A stretch of DNA of 52,654 nucleotides from Craspedostauros australis. Its lineage: Eukaryota. Positions 1 to 12,642 of the stretch are shown here, in pieces; the first letter of the stretch is position 1; each line of letters opens with the position of its first letter. A model generated the notes under the pieces. That model searched no databases. It saw only the letters and a list, made by a program, of their open reading frames with translations, and was not told the DNA's origin. The stretch lies in assembly GCA_030167865.1 (NCBI GenBank), contig JALAGF010006007.1, forward strand, positions 1 to 52,654, read 5' to 3'. Position numbers and translations under genes: made by a program.

Positions 1-2573
1 TGAGACTTTGTCTTGTTGCAGGCCATTGTTCGCCAGCAGGACAATGACTTTGTGTGCTATGTGCTCCATGGCGGTCCATCAGGGGCTGTTCTCTCCTTCC
101 ATGGCCGCAGCTGTTCCATTGATGTGCCCATGTGTCGTTGCAATGGACTCTACTTCTTCAATACCAATGGTGATGTCAAGCTGGCTGCGTTCGCTGTCCA
201 GCGTGCACCGCCTGCACTCAGCGCGGAGCTCTGACATATGTGCCTGGGCTGCGCTGGTATGTCGCACATGAAGTGGCTCCATATGCACTGTTCTGGTATT
301 CCAGGCCTCCTCGCCACTGTGCACATCCAATGCGGCATTGTGCTACATGCAGCCAAGCCCAGTGTCAGACAGATCCTCAAGGACCTCAAGATGGCAGCCC
401 TGTTCCCTCCACTGGCGCAAGATTCCATGCTGACTACGGCTTCATGTGATTGTCCGATCTTCAGTACGGACAGGCGTCGTCACGCAACTCTGCCAAGTCG
501 AACAGGTGGTCCAGCCTCTTGAAGGGTACACTCGTACTTTCTTGTCACTGATGTGTGCACTTGGTACACTTAGGGGTTCCCCTACCAAGACCAGATCCCC
601 ACCTGTGGACATATTTTCCAACCTGCTTTGTGAGTTTGGCTGCAAGGATGGTTGCAAGGCAGTGAGGGTTGACACTGGTGGCGAGCTTGCATGATCGAGT
701 GCCTTCCAGGAGGTCATCCGGTCTACGGGATACACTCTCGAACCCACTGGGGCCAGATGCGCTTGGATGAATGGCAAGGTTGAGGGACTCAACCGCACCT
801 TTGGTGTGATGGCCAGATCACTGAAGTACTCCTCAGGCCTGCATCCCAAGTTCCAGGTTCGTACCCTTGCACATGCAGTGTATGTCAAGAATAGGCTTTG
901 GCACTCCATCACTAACACCACTCCATACCAGCTTCCACATGGCGTCAAGCCCAACCTGAGCCACCTGCAAGTCTTGGTTCCAGAGTGGTTGTGTGCAAGC
1001 CTGGCCATCCTGCCGCAAAGCTGGACATCCACACCTACAACNGCATCTTTGTTGGTCATACTGCCACACCCTCGCTCCAGGAATATTTCAACTTGGATCC
1101 GGGGCGTATCAAGACCGCTGGCAACCTGATCTTTGATGAGGCCCACTTCTCTGTCCATGAACATCTGCCAGGACCACAACTTCTGCTCAACCTTGGGTTT
1201 CAACTGTCTCACGATGGCAATGGCATACATGGTTCAGGTGCTGAGAAAGCCAAGACGGATGGTTGTATGCCTTCCTATCAAGTGTGCCAACTACAGTACG
1301 CATGACAATGACATGCTCCATGCAGCTGCAGCAGCATGCTCTGTTGACGGTATTGACAGTGCCTACATCGTGCACAGGACTGTGGATCCCTACCAAAGGG
1401 CATTCCATGAGCACATCCACCTCTCTGACAGCATTCCATCTGCAGGGTTGGAATTTGTGTCTGATGAGCTCTGAGGGCATCTGCATCTCACACAATGCAA
1501 GCCAAGCTCGACTGCAGCGCGCATTCTGCGGTGGAGATTCTGGCTCAAGAGCGCCTACTTGCTGGCCATCGGCGACCATGATATCCGCTTGCTGCCAGAT
1601 CTCACCCAGGCTGTACTGGATGCGAGCGACGTGGTCTTTGCATTTGACAATGTTCGCAACTCCCTTACACAGCACGGTGTTCCACAAATGTACTTTGACC
1701 AACTTGGGCATATCGGCTCCATCCTCGATCACATCTCACCAACTGCATGTCAAGTGGAGGCTGCTCCGAAGCTCACCTGGCGCAAACGGCTCCAGCGCGA
1801 TGATTGAGATGAGGAGCAACAAGTCAAACTCAAGAAAATGGAGCAATGTCATCACCAAGGCATGTTCTGTGAGCCCATTGAGGCACGACCAGGCACAGCA
1901 GTCTTCAACTGGGTTTGATTCGGCGTCGTAAAGACACATGGGAGCAACTGTAAAAAGCTTGTGCCATTTGTGACGGGTCCACCTGGGGAGGCAATGTGCA
2001 CATATTTGGTCACACATACGCTTCTACTCCTGACCTCACGGAGTTCCGCATCTTGGTGGCCATTGCTGCAGTGCAAGGACTGCTCGTGTACGGAGGTGGC
2101 ATCGCGAATGCAGTCGCCAAAGCGCCTGCCAGCGCATAACGTCACTACATGCAAATCGATGATCAGTTCCGCAGCTGGTGGAAGCACAAGCATGACGTTG
2201 TTCTGGGTCAACACATGGTTGTGCTTTTCTCAAGAATCTACAGAGCATCCTGAAGCACCGCTACAGTGGAGTCTGCATGCCAATCGGCTACTCAAGGACA
2301 TGGGGTTCACTGCAACAATTCAAGCACCTTGTTTGCACATTGGAAACCTTTGCACCCACAATGTGTAAGTGCCCTGCCAGGTGGATAACTTTGCAGTGGC
2401 AACCAAGGATGAGACCTTTTACCAGGAGTTCTGTGACATGCTCGATGCTCAGCTGAACCATCCCATCACTTGGTATGGTCTGTTTACACACTACAACGGA
2501 CTGGATCTCACTCAGGCCTGACGACATGTGAATGTGCACTGCTCCACATACATCGACAAGGTGCTCTGGCAAC

Positions 2574-3191
2574 ACGATTGGCATTGATTGAAGTCTACAC
2601 AACGCCTACCCATGCGCGCAGACAATGGATGTGTGTGGCAATTGGATCAGGCAGTCTCACCCAACATGAAAGCCAAGCATCATGGTCTGCAATCCAAATC
2701 CTTCAGCTACCACTGAGCCATTGGCAAGCTCATCTGGGCCATGGTTTCCTGTCGCCCTGACATCTCCTTCCCCGTGGTGAAGCTGAGCCAAGTCTTGATG
2801 AACCCTGCACGTGTACACTACAAAGCCGTCAAATACCTCTTCAGGTATGTTGCATCCNNNNNNNNNNNNNNNNNNNNNNNNNNNNNNNNNNNNNNNNNNN
2901 NNNNNNNACGATTGGCATTGATTGAAGTCTACACAACGCCTACCCATGCGCGCAGACAATGGATGTGTGTGGCAATTGGATCAGGCAGTCTCACCCAACA
3001 TGAAAGCCAAGCATCATGGTCTGCAATCCAAATCCTTCAGCTACCACTGAGCCATTGGCAAGCTCATCTGGGCCATGGTTTCCTGTCGCCCTGACATCTC
3101 CTTCCCCGTGGTGAAGCTGAGCCAAGTCTTGATGAACCCTGCACGTGTACACTACAAAGCCGTCAAATACCTCTTCAGGTATGTTGCATCC
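2574..3191. other. 50-N scaffold gap (2858-2907) flanked by a 284-bp direct duplication (2574-2857 = 2908-3191), a probable assembly artefact
   Basis: The same sequence ends the left contig and starts the right contig. Confidence 0.9.
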
Positions 3192-3899
3192 ACCAGGGAC
3201 TTTGGGATCACCTACTGGCGACTGTCTCCTGTTCCGCAGCTTGCAGATGTGCCAGCACTGAAACAACTCTTGCCTGCCAACAACAAGCACCACAGCCCGG
3301 TGGACCAAGTCACCATCCAGGCGACTTTCCTCTACGTATACGTGGACGCTGATTGGAGTGCCGATACAAGGCATTGTAAATCCACCAGAGGCATTGTGTT
3401 GCTTCTTGGCAGCCCCGCTGTTGCATGGAAAACCTGCGTCCAACCCACTGTTTCTCTCATTACCTCTAAAGCTGAGTTCATTGTCACCAGCAACAATGGC
3501 AAGATGGTGCTCTGGTTTCGGTCCATCCTGGACAAGATCAGCATGCACCCAACAGCATGCCATACTTATTTACAAGGACAACCGAGGTGCCAGAATGATG
3601 GCAAACGCCAACCAACCGCCGAGGAACTCCAGGCATATTGATATACACACATTTGCGGTCTGCGATTGGGTGGACAGAGATCTCATCCTCATCGCCGATG
3701 TGTCATCCAACCCCAATGCTTCGGATCTATGCAACAAGCAGGTGCCTGTGATTCTGTTCTTTTGACATACGGACCTACTCATGGGATGTATTCCATCATT
3801 CTACATTTGCCGGTGAATGCCGCCAGTGGAGTGCGGTGATCCCAGTCTTCTCTGTACGACAGAGTGAATTGGTTCCACTAGCTACCACAAGCATGGGGG

Positions 3900-4040
3900 T
3901 GTTGGCATCTGTCCACATGTATGATGACAGACGTCATCGACAGCAGCAACAGCTGACACAACAAACATCATCACAGCTCTGTAGTCATGAATCCACCATC
4001 AGCACAAAATCATACACACCACACACTCACAATACTGACA
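3900..4040 (+). repeat. Putative 3' LTR of the copia element (~141 bp), preceded by a short polypurine tract
   Basis: GGGGG at 3895-3899 is followed directly by TGTTGG. The segment ends CTGACA at 4035-4040, giving TG...CA termini with an imperfect terminal inverted repeat. The partner LTR is not visible, so the end is inferred. Confidence 0.65.
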
Positions 4041-7000
4041 AATTCAAACAACAATTGGACAACACTATGCATTTTGCAGGAATAATGAACCATTTAATAC
4101 AAATACAACACGAGAATTGCACGATTCGGGAAATGGATGAGTGTTACAATCAGTCAGAAATCACGTTTTCGAGACGCAACCACAACGACAACACCAAAAA
4201 TTGTGCTTCGAAACGTGAAAAAAGGAGAAGGAAAATTCACAAAATGATCAACGTGACGTGTTGGACAAACCCTTCGGAATCCCGATGGCGTCATCAGATA
4301 ACAATAATTATGGCATTGCATGAACCGACCATCATGATTGGCCGGTTGGGTCGTGGCGTTATGTCAAAGTTCTTATTTGGTGGGAACGCAATGATGTCTG
4401 CGACAGGTCACGAAGACACCGATGTCCACAACATGAGGGGAGTTCTCATGTCTCCTTTCAAACAAATAGCGATTGCGTACTTGTGAACACAAATAAAATG
4501 TCAAATAGAAAATCGATGTTTCGTGATTTTGTCATTGCGTCGTCCTTCGCATGTTGTACCACGTTGTATTTCGCCTGTGAAACCAGAGGATGATTTGGAC
4601 TTACGGAACATAGTGTGACGTCACGATAAGAATTAACCGTCCAACCAATCGGACAAGTGAAAGCACACAAACCAACTCTTGCATAGTGTTTCAATGACAG
4701 AAACGCGGAGGCATGGCGCCGCACAAGCAGTCTAAATGTGGAGATGCTGTCCACGGTTTGTATGGTACGTTTTACATGGTATCTATACACATTAGTATAT
4801 CAACTATTGACGATACTACAATGGGTACCGAAGGTCAACAAGGATGCGTCAGACCAGGGTGGGAGGCGACTGGGAAATTGGTCTCCCGCAGCTCCCAAAG
4901 TTGGCCACTACGACACAGCGTCGAACCGATGACAAAAACGATAAGTTGCAATCATTTCGGAACGGAGTAATACTATTCAAACTCTGGTTGTGCACAATTG
5001 CAGTCGTCGAGTTTGCCCGATCAACTTCGCTTCTGCTCTTCGCCTGTGTTGTCGCTCGAAACGCGCGTTGTCTTGATTGCGTCTCCTGTTGCTTGTCGAA
5101 CTTCCCTCGCCTCTTCTTCTGAAACTCTCCGTCGCGTGCTGCCAACATGAACGATGCGATTGAGACTCTTCGGAGATGTTGCCAATGCTTGTGGAGTACG
5201 ACTAGCGAGTACCCGTGAGTGCAGGTCGTGCTTGTGTTCTGCACACTCGGCTCGTCTCTTTGTGAGGTTTGATTTGGGTTTTGCGTTGGGAGACGACTGT
5301 CGTGTTTGGGGTTTCTTCCTCGTGACGAAACATCGTTTTGGTTGGTGTTGTTGTGGTTGGCATTTTGCGCTCTTTTCGTTCCGCGATCCATTCACGCTTC
5401 ATGCCTCACTCGTGTCTGCAACAGAATGAGAAATCGAAGAAAGTAATCGAATGGATCGACGATGACGGAATAGGTGTGACACGAACGACGTTCTGCGAAG
5501 AACATCGATGTCGCGAGAACTGAAGACAAGAGGAATGGCACGACTCCTTCGACCGTTTGTTGATGGGGCGATTCCAAAATCGGAACTCCGATGAAGATTT
5601 GTTTTCGTTCTGTTGACACCGCCTGGCTGAAGTGTCCACAGCGGTTTGTCGAGCACCGCACAGATCGCCCAAACAGAATCGATTGATTGCCTCCTCTTGC
5701 GACATGGAAACAAGAACAAGAACGAGAACAAGGAAGAAGAGCCTCGTGACAGACCGCACGCGCACACGCGCTCCGTATCCGTCTTCGTGATTGCGCACCC
5801 ATCTCCTCGGCCACGATCCCCAAAAGGATCGCTCGGGACGTATCCTTCCTCGTGTCGATCCCGAAACTGACGACATCAGCAGAGAAGCAACGCATACAAC
5901 AGAACAGGACACGGCAGTATCTGCATTCGTACTCGCAGGTACCATAGTCGTACGACCCAATCCACAGAGCACAAAGATCACACAAAGACAAATCAGCAAG
6001 CAACCTGCCGGAGCACAACATCGACGGCCGTGCCATCCAAACACAGAACAACCCAACTCATCATTGCGCACCAAGGAGTACTCAAACCCCACCATCTCCC
6101 ACTACCCACCTCCCCGTCTTTGCGAGCACGAACACAAATACAAAAACGAATACGACTTGGAGTCTGAGCCTTGCTCTTTGCCACCCTCGACCGATCAACA
6201 ATCAACCCAGCACGACACGTCAAACACAGCAACAAACACAAAAGACAACCAAGCATCATGGCCGACTTTGCGAAACGTTCCGAGATTACCATTTCGACGA
6301 TGGTGAGTGCTGTGATTGCTTCCACGGATCCAGCGATTGGTGATGCAATTTTTGCGCTTCGGCTGATGGCTGCGCTGATCTGCTCTGTTCTGTTCCGCTT
6401 TCGTGGCTTGGCTGCGTGTCGTGATTGGCATCTGCTCCACATTAGACTTATCCATACGAGGATGGTGGCATCACAGGATGTGGCTATGATGTTCGCCACC
6501 AATCATCGTTGTGGCTGATGCTGCGGTGGGAAACAGGCAGTGGTTAACTGTCTTTCCACCGGCTGCGCCATGGTCCCGCTCACCGGCCAATGGATTGGCT
6601 GACACTCTGGTGGACCAACGCATGACCCATCACTACGGTGCCGATCATGGCAACGGCAAGCACTGGAGAGAGCACAATGCTATCCAAGCCAGCGGTCCAC
6701 AGCTCCATCGCGATCACGATCACACGGAAGCATTCGCGCCAACATGTGGCACTTGTCATCCCATCTTGTGCCCAGCCATGTCCATCCATGCCAGGCTGTC
6801 ACACGTGCTGCGAGTATAGTGCGGAGTCCATTGCTTCGGTTTGGAAGTCTTGGGGCTCTGCAATGCGAGGATGGATGCAGATACTCGCACGAATGGATGG
6901 AAGGAGAAGCGCGAGGGACCAAAAGCCAAACACAGCCAAGTCTTACAGAAACCAAACATCATGCCAAGTGAGGCTGTGGAGAAAGCCGAATCGTTGCGAC

Positions 7001-7437
7001 AACCCAACGAAACACGTCTCCCATCGCAATTCTCCATCTCACACCAGAAGATACCATCCAACGATGCATACTTCCAATTGCTTGCACCCTCCGCTCTCGC
7101 TTCCTTTTACTTTTACTGATGGTGATCTCAAACTGATGGTTCATTTTCACAATGCGATACGTCCCTATTCTCGCCCTCGCTGGCTGGGTGATCACCGACT
7201 TTCGTCGCATTCATCGTTTCCGTGCAATCTGCGCCATGCGCCCCCGCACTCTGGCATCATCGCCGTTTCTTCTTCCCCTTTGTTTTTGGCCCGCATCAAT
7301 GTAATCACCCAAACTCCATTCTCTTATCGCACGAACTACGACTCCTTTCACATCAGGGCAAGGTCCACAACCCATCAGGCGAAGGCATCCGAGCCATCTC
7401 CTCGCAAGCCCAGGCGAGGTACTCCAAGCAAAAGCAA

Positions 7438-9042
7438 ATGGAGGCCCAAGCAAAGGCTGCCACCGCTGCTGCTGCCACCACCACCACCAATCCCACCAAT
7501 GGTGGAATGGACGCTGCTGCCAACCACGAAACGAAGGTGAAGGCGGGAACCGCCAAGCGCAACATCACACGGAAAAAGACCGACGGTAGGGATACCGGCA
7601 ACTTCGACTCTCGCAACAAGAAGCAAGGAGGGCACGGCAAGGCCCAATGGAGGATCGATGACATGATGTATGACAACGAGGCCATCGAACTTGATGAGCA
7701 GGATCCGCTGTACGATGAGGAGAAGGATGGCAAGTACATCCTCAGCAGCCACCAGCAACCTGTCACCAAGAACTTCATCGACGCCGAAGCCAAGGCGATC
7801 TACGGCCCCGTGCTGACAATAATGGAGTTCAAGCACCAGATCTCCGGATGCTTGCAGGAGTATTTTGACTCCTGTGACATCGAGGAGGTCATCCAAACGC
7901 TCGAGGAGCTTCGCTGCCAGGAGTACCATGCCGAGGTCATCAAACGTGCAGTCTCGCTCAGCCTCGATCGCAGTCCAAGAGAACGAGAGCTGGTGTCGCG
8001 CCTCTTCACCTGCCTCCACCCTCGTCCATTGGCGGACGAGGATATGGTCAGAGGTTTTGACATTCTCCTCAACTCCATGGATGATCTCATGACTGATGTC
8101 CCTGATGCTGTGGTGAGTACCGATGCTGATGCTGAGTATCGAGTGTTACGCATGTTGCATGTCGAATCCTGACTGCTGAAGAGAGCTCCTGCTGTTGCCG
8201 CTCCAGCTGTTGCCGCCGTGTTTTTTTCACGCTCTGCGGCTTGTGTCAGCTCCTGCACCGCTGAGATACTTCGTTTCGTGACACCCTTTCAAAAGCGGTT
8301 CACGCTGCAATGGCCTCTTCTCATCCCTTCTCCTTCTATCTCTTCCTGCTCGTACGCCGCCATACTCTATTCTGTACGTACGTCTCAAATGACATCTCAA
8401 CGGTGCAATTGTATTCACCAATCAATCGATTATTCTTTCATCTTGGTTGCTATGAAACAACAGACAATGGTCGCCAACTTCGTCGCACGTGCAGTCGTCG
8501 ACGAAGTGCTGTCGCCAGCATACCTGTCGGAGCAAAACAACTCCCGTCCTGGAGATCCGGTGGTCGAAAAGGCGGTGTCGCTCCTCTCGCGCGAACATTG
8601 CAACGCGCGGTTAGAACGCGTGTGGGGTCCAGGTGATGGCCGTCCGGTGGAGGAACTGAAGGTGGAGATGGACCAGCTTCTTCAGGAGTTCCTGCTGAGC
8701 CGAGAGCTTGATGAGGCGGCGAGGTGCGTCAAGGAATTGGGGTGCGGTCACTACATGCACGAGCTGGTGAAGCGCGGCGTCAAGCTCGCCATGGAGGAGG
8801 ATGGGAAGAACCATGAGACACAGCACACCAAGTCCGCCATGGACGCAATGGCAGTGCTCTACGCCTTCCTCGTGAAGAATGCCATCATTTCGGAACGGCA
8901 GGTGAGCAAGGGGGTTTCCCGCCTGCACGGCATCCTCGACGACCTCAAGCTGGACATACCGGCAGCGGCGACGTTGCTCGCAGATTTTGAGAAGATGTTG
9001 AGAGCGGAGGGTTGTTTCGAATCGAAAACAACAGATGAGTAG
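7438..9042 (+). CDS. PDCD4: PDCD4-like protein with two MA3 domains (eIF4A-binding translation repressor family)
   Basis: Motifs KKQGGHGKAQW, DEQDPLYD, MA3-1 (LQEYFDSCDIEEVIQTLEEL..EVIKRAVSLSLD) and MA3-2 (LLQEFLLSRELDEAARCVKEL..LDDLKLDIP). Intron 8113-8463 (GTGAGT..CAG) joins the exons in frame. The start is uncertain: the frame is open further upstream and there is an acceptor-like CAG at 7354-7356. Confidence 0.9.
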
Positions 9043-9774
9043 AGCACGGAGTTGAACACAGAGGTGAGCCCAAGATTGTGTCGCACAACCCAACGGCCGC
9101 CAGAACCTTCTCAGGAACCAAGGTCAAAGAGCAGCAGCACAGCAGCAGATGCCCACTGCGAAGACTCATCCATCAACATCAACGGTCACTCTACAAGTAC
9201 ACCATTGCACATCTCACTCCATTTCCAACGTAGTCCATACGAAAACATAGCACACTTACCATCGCCATCACACTCTGTACTCGTACACTCCCTCTCTCTC
9301 CAGAGAGGGAGGGAGTCATAGAGGTAAAGTTGTAATGGCCGCTTCATAGAAGTCTAGTGTATTGTACTGCAGCGTACCTCGCAGCATAGCAGACAGATCT
9401 ACTATACTGCGAAGGCACACCATGTTGTTGAGCGAATTGCCTGCAACTTGATGATGCACTCACAGTCAGCGTTCAAGCGTCAACGTCTCTCCACGATACG
9501 TGTAGAGACTATGGAAACGCTACGACATCGAAGTATTGTGATACGGGACGCACATACCACCGTACTTGTAGTCATGAAATACTGGTACAATTGCAGTGTC
9601 ACAGAGCACAGGGAGGTAGGTATTATAATTGCAGGCATGACGGAAGCATGCACGGGTATGTATGCAAGTGCGAGTATGTATGCAAGTACGAGTACGAGTG
9701 CTCTAGAGTATGCAGAGGAGCCTCTGCCATCACTTGATTTGACTTGAGTTGTCGCCAGCCACTGTGCGCGGCGC

Positions 9775-10581
9775 TTAGTCCTCCTCCATTGCCTCATCAT
9801 CGTCATCATCGTCGTCTTCATCGTCATCCTCCAACTGCTCCTTTGCCCATTCCGTCGCCGACTGGATGATGTCCTTCGGCACACCCTTGTGCTTCCACCC
9901 GCTGGCCTCGCACACCCAGCTGACCTCGACCTCGAACGGCTTGGCGTCCTTCTCCTCGGCCTGCAGCATGTGGAGGATTTTCAGTACCTGCTTGACCGCC
10001 TCTTCCACTGGGACTGGCGTCTTGTGGAGGTTCAGCTTTTCCAGCTCCGTCTTTGCGGCCTGCTTGCCCTTGCCCGTCGCCACGCCGTAGTACGAGTATG
10101 GAGCGCCGTTGGGTTCGATGCATTGCAAGGTGGCCTCCTTGGTGTCTTCGTCGTAGCCCGCAATGACGGCGGCAGCACCGAACGGTCTCAGGGCCCCGTG
10201 CAGAGTGAAGTAGTGGATGTAGCTGCCCAACCGGGTGCCCAGAACCGTTGGCGGGATTTTGGAACCGTACGTCTCCTTCCAGTCGGCGGACTCCTCGACG
10301 GCGCGCTGCACCAGCACGCGGCAATCGGGGAGGAAGCCGGTGGAGGCCATGCCGACGTGGTGATCGCAGGTGTGAATTCGTTTGTAGGAACCCGTCGTGG
10401 GGACCACCATCTTGTGATGGATCGGCTTGGCAACGCCCAGCACCACGCCGTCCTTGCCCTTCACGCCAAGGACCAGGCCGGCATTCTCGACAGCCTTCGA
10501 TGCGTACTCCACCTGGAAGATGCGTCCATCCGGTGAGAACGTGGAGGCAGAAAGATCGTATCCTGAACCTGATGATGCCAT
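9775..10581 (-). CDS. PSMA3: 20S proteasome subunit alpha type-3 (alpha-7), single exon
   Basis: MASSGSGYDLSASTFSPDGRIFQVEYA signature, GKGKQAAKTELEKL, and an acidic C-terminal tail typical of alpha-7/PRE10. Confidence 0.97.
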   Translation of the reverse strand: MASSGSGYDLSASTFSPDGRIFQVEYASKAVENAGLVLGVKGKDGVVLGVAKPIHHKMVVPTTGSYKRIHTCDHHVGMASTGFLPDCRVLVQRAVEESADWKETYGSKIPPTVLGTRLGSYIHYFTLHGALRPFGAAAVIAGYDEDTKEATLQCIEPNGAPYSYYGVATGKGKQAAKTELEKLNLHKTPVPVEEAVKQVLKILHMLQAEEKDAKPFEVEVSWVCEASGWKHKGVPKDIIQSATEWAKEQLEDDDEDDDDDDDEAMEED

Positions 10582-11184
10582 TGTGTACTGTTGCTTTTGC
10601 TTCTGCTCTTGATCTGGCTTTTGCTTGCGCTGTTCTTCCTTCCGAAGCTGATCTTGTTTCTTCGATGCTCTGTCGATCTGCTCGCTCTTGCTTGTGAATG
10701 TCTGTACCGCGGTTGCTCGTCTCGGTTGCTTGTCCGAAGCTTGTGGGTGATCTTTCCAGGGTGGCTGGATCGTCTCTCCAACCGCGATGCTGAGCCGCCA
10801 AGGCGATGTCTCCATCTCCATTTCTGCCGCGGATTTTTGACGAAGGCAATCGAACTTTCGAATCATCCGAGTCAAATGAACAAAGTATTAGGACTATATA
10901 AGTGCCACATCGGATTTCCGTACTGCTCTAGCCTTGACTTTAGAGTAGATCACGAGCTATGGTACGGGGAGAACGTAGACTTGTGCTGTTCAATTGGGCT
11001 GACCTGCGCACGCTGTGCAAAGGCTGGCATACCGTACATACACGCGTGCATGAGTACGATCACGAGCACGGGTACGAATTGAAAGAGAAGATGGTTGTTG
11101 CTTTCCAACCAAAGAGTCAGAAGAGTTGATGAATTCATGCTCTAAATATTGATGTAGGTGAGTATTGGTACAGTCACATGGAGG

Positions 11185-11217
11185 GTGTACGTGTGTGTGT
11201 GTGTGTACGTGTGTGTG
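11185..11217. repeat. Interrupted (GT)n microsatellite
   Basis: Read directly from the sequence. Confidence 0.85.
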
Positions 11218-11522
11218 ATGGCATGTGTGCTCGTGTGCCTCTTTGCCAGCCGTCGCATGGCATGGAGTGCTTACATACTCCTACGTTGGTCCAAAGACCG
11301 TGCTTGGAAGGTGCATTGTCCAGCTGATTTATGATCGAAAGCCTTGTTCCAATCACCCAGCGCATTCGTTTGGCATTTGCTTGTGCCCATGCCGTCGTTG
11401 GTGTACACGTGACCGGTATGATGCAGTGTCCCACGATGTAGAAGAGGATGGAGATTGGGATGACTGCTGTATCGTGTGGACAAGCAAACGGATGCACGTG
11501 CAGCCGTCGCTCCTTGGTCGCC

Positions 11523-12642
11523 TTAGACATTGTCGTCTGCCAGCGACACGAGACCGATGTACAATCCGAGTGCCTGGAAGCATATCGCCAACACGGCGAA
11601 TTGGACGCCGACAAATCTTGGATGGCAGCATGTCCACATCTTATGGCATGCGTACGCGTCGGATGCCTCCACTGTCCTGGACACGGTGTCATCGTAGATG
11701 TCCATGATTCCGTACCAACCGATGAAGACGCCGTAGAAGAGGGTGACGAACTGCACGAACGGATCGAAGACAAGCCAATCGATAAGTAGACAGATGAGCG
11801 TGACGAGGATGAATGCCAGGCACAGCCAGACGAGGAGCTTGTTCGGCGAGTACCTCAGACAGACCAGAAGCGCCACGCCGAACATGCTGGCAGCGATCGT
11901 TGCCCCAATACGCGAACCAGACATGGCCACGAAGACTCCGCCCCAGAACGAGACACCGACGTATCCGGCAGGGATGATCATCCACCGAATCCCGCCGCGG
12001 AACTTTGTGACGCCACCTTCATTCTCGTACACCTCGATCTTGTCCACTTTTCCACCTGTCCACCAGCATGCCGTTGCGCTGTTTTCGAAGGAGTAGTTTT
12101 GGAGCAACGGGTGCCGTCGTTGCAGTACGAGTGGTCGGTTCAAGGATTGGGTATTCGCAGGTTGCGATGCAGGCACCGTGCGTATGAGACAGCAATGTTT
12201 TTGAGTACGAGATGGTTGTGCAGGACAGTGTGAGTTGTGGCTGCTGTGGTTGACGCCATGATTTGGCCACTCCGATCCGCTGCTTGCAACAGAAAAGAAT
12301 GGACGCAATGTGCTTGCCAATACTCCACGATCCAACCGAGCCTTTGTGCACAGCAATGGATTGATCAAATACTCAAATACACAAGCCACGAATCAGCCGA
12401 ACCGGTCGAGCAAGGCAGCAAGCGCCAGTGGTGCCCTTTGCACAACCCAACATTCCCTTCGAATTCGAAAACGCGTTGACTCACTGTCCCATTTCATGAA
12501 TGAAAACGCATATCAGCTTCAACGGCTTGACGACGGCTGTGTTCATCAACAGCAACGTTCCGATGCTGTATCCGATGTAGAGGCAGAGGAAGAGGATCTC
12601 CTCATCTTCCTTGAAGACTTTCTCCAGTTTCCAGTTCACCAT
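11523..12642 (-). CDS. Peptidase M50B-like membrane metalloprotease, two exons
   Basis: Exon 1 is 12642-12485 (MVNWKLEK..LKLICVFIHEMG-ca|GTGAGT). Exon 2 is 12078-11523 (CAG|c-ATACWWTGGKV..NEGGVT..PAGYVG..DIYDD..SDA). Splicing rebuilds the HEMGH zinc motif, and there are several hydrophobic helices. Confidence 0.9.

Larger units (their letters stand above)
1..4040 (+). mobile_element. Degenerate Ty1/copia LTR retrotransposon (CoDi-like), 3' portion; pol broken by stops and frameshifts
   Basis: Copia domain order INT-RT-RNaseH is spread over several frames. Motifs: GAG-pre-integrase-like EL*HMCLG (~225-250); integrase VRVDTGGEL and NGKVEGLNRTF (~660-800); FVGHTAT (~1050); RT QAPCLHIG and QVDNFAVA (~2320-2400) and MVSCRPDISFPVVKLSQ; RNase H YVDADW..KSTRG..WKTCVQPTVSLITSKAEF..KDNRGA..RHIDI..NASDLCNK (3335-3740). 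The 5' end lies outside the window. Confidence 0.95.

Noticed and set aside
2574..3191. 284-bp direct repeat inside the RT region
   Set aside because: The copies abut a 50-N gap exactly, which indicates unmerged contig overlap and not biology.
3836..4486. 216-aa ORF downstream of RNase H (possible env-like extra ORF)
   Set aside because: It crosses the PPT, LTR and flanking DNA, has a non-ATG start, and shows no transmembrane segment or recognisable motif.
9824..10849. 341-aa same-strand alternative-frame ORF over PSMA3
   Set aside because: It is an Arg/Gly/Pro-rich shadow of GC-rich codon usage.
10582..10875. N-terminal extension of the proteasome ORF
   Set aside because: Alpha-7 subunits begin at the MASSGSGYD-like motif, so the extension is probably 5' UTR.
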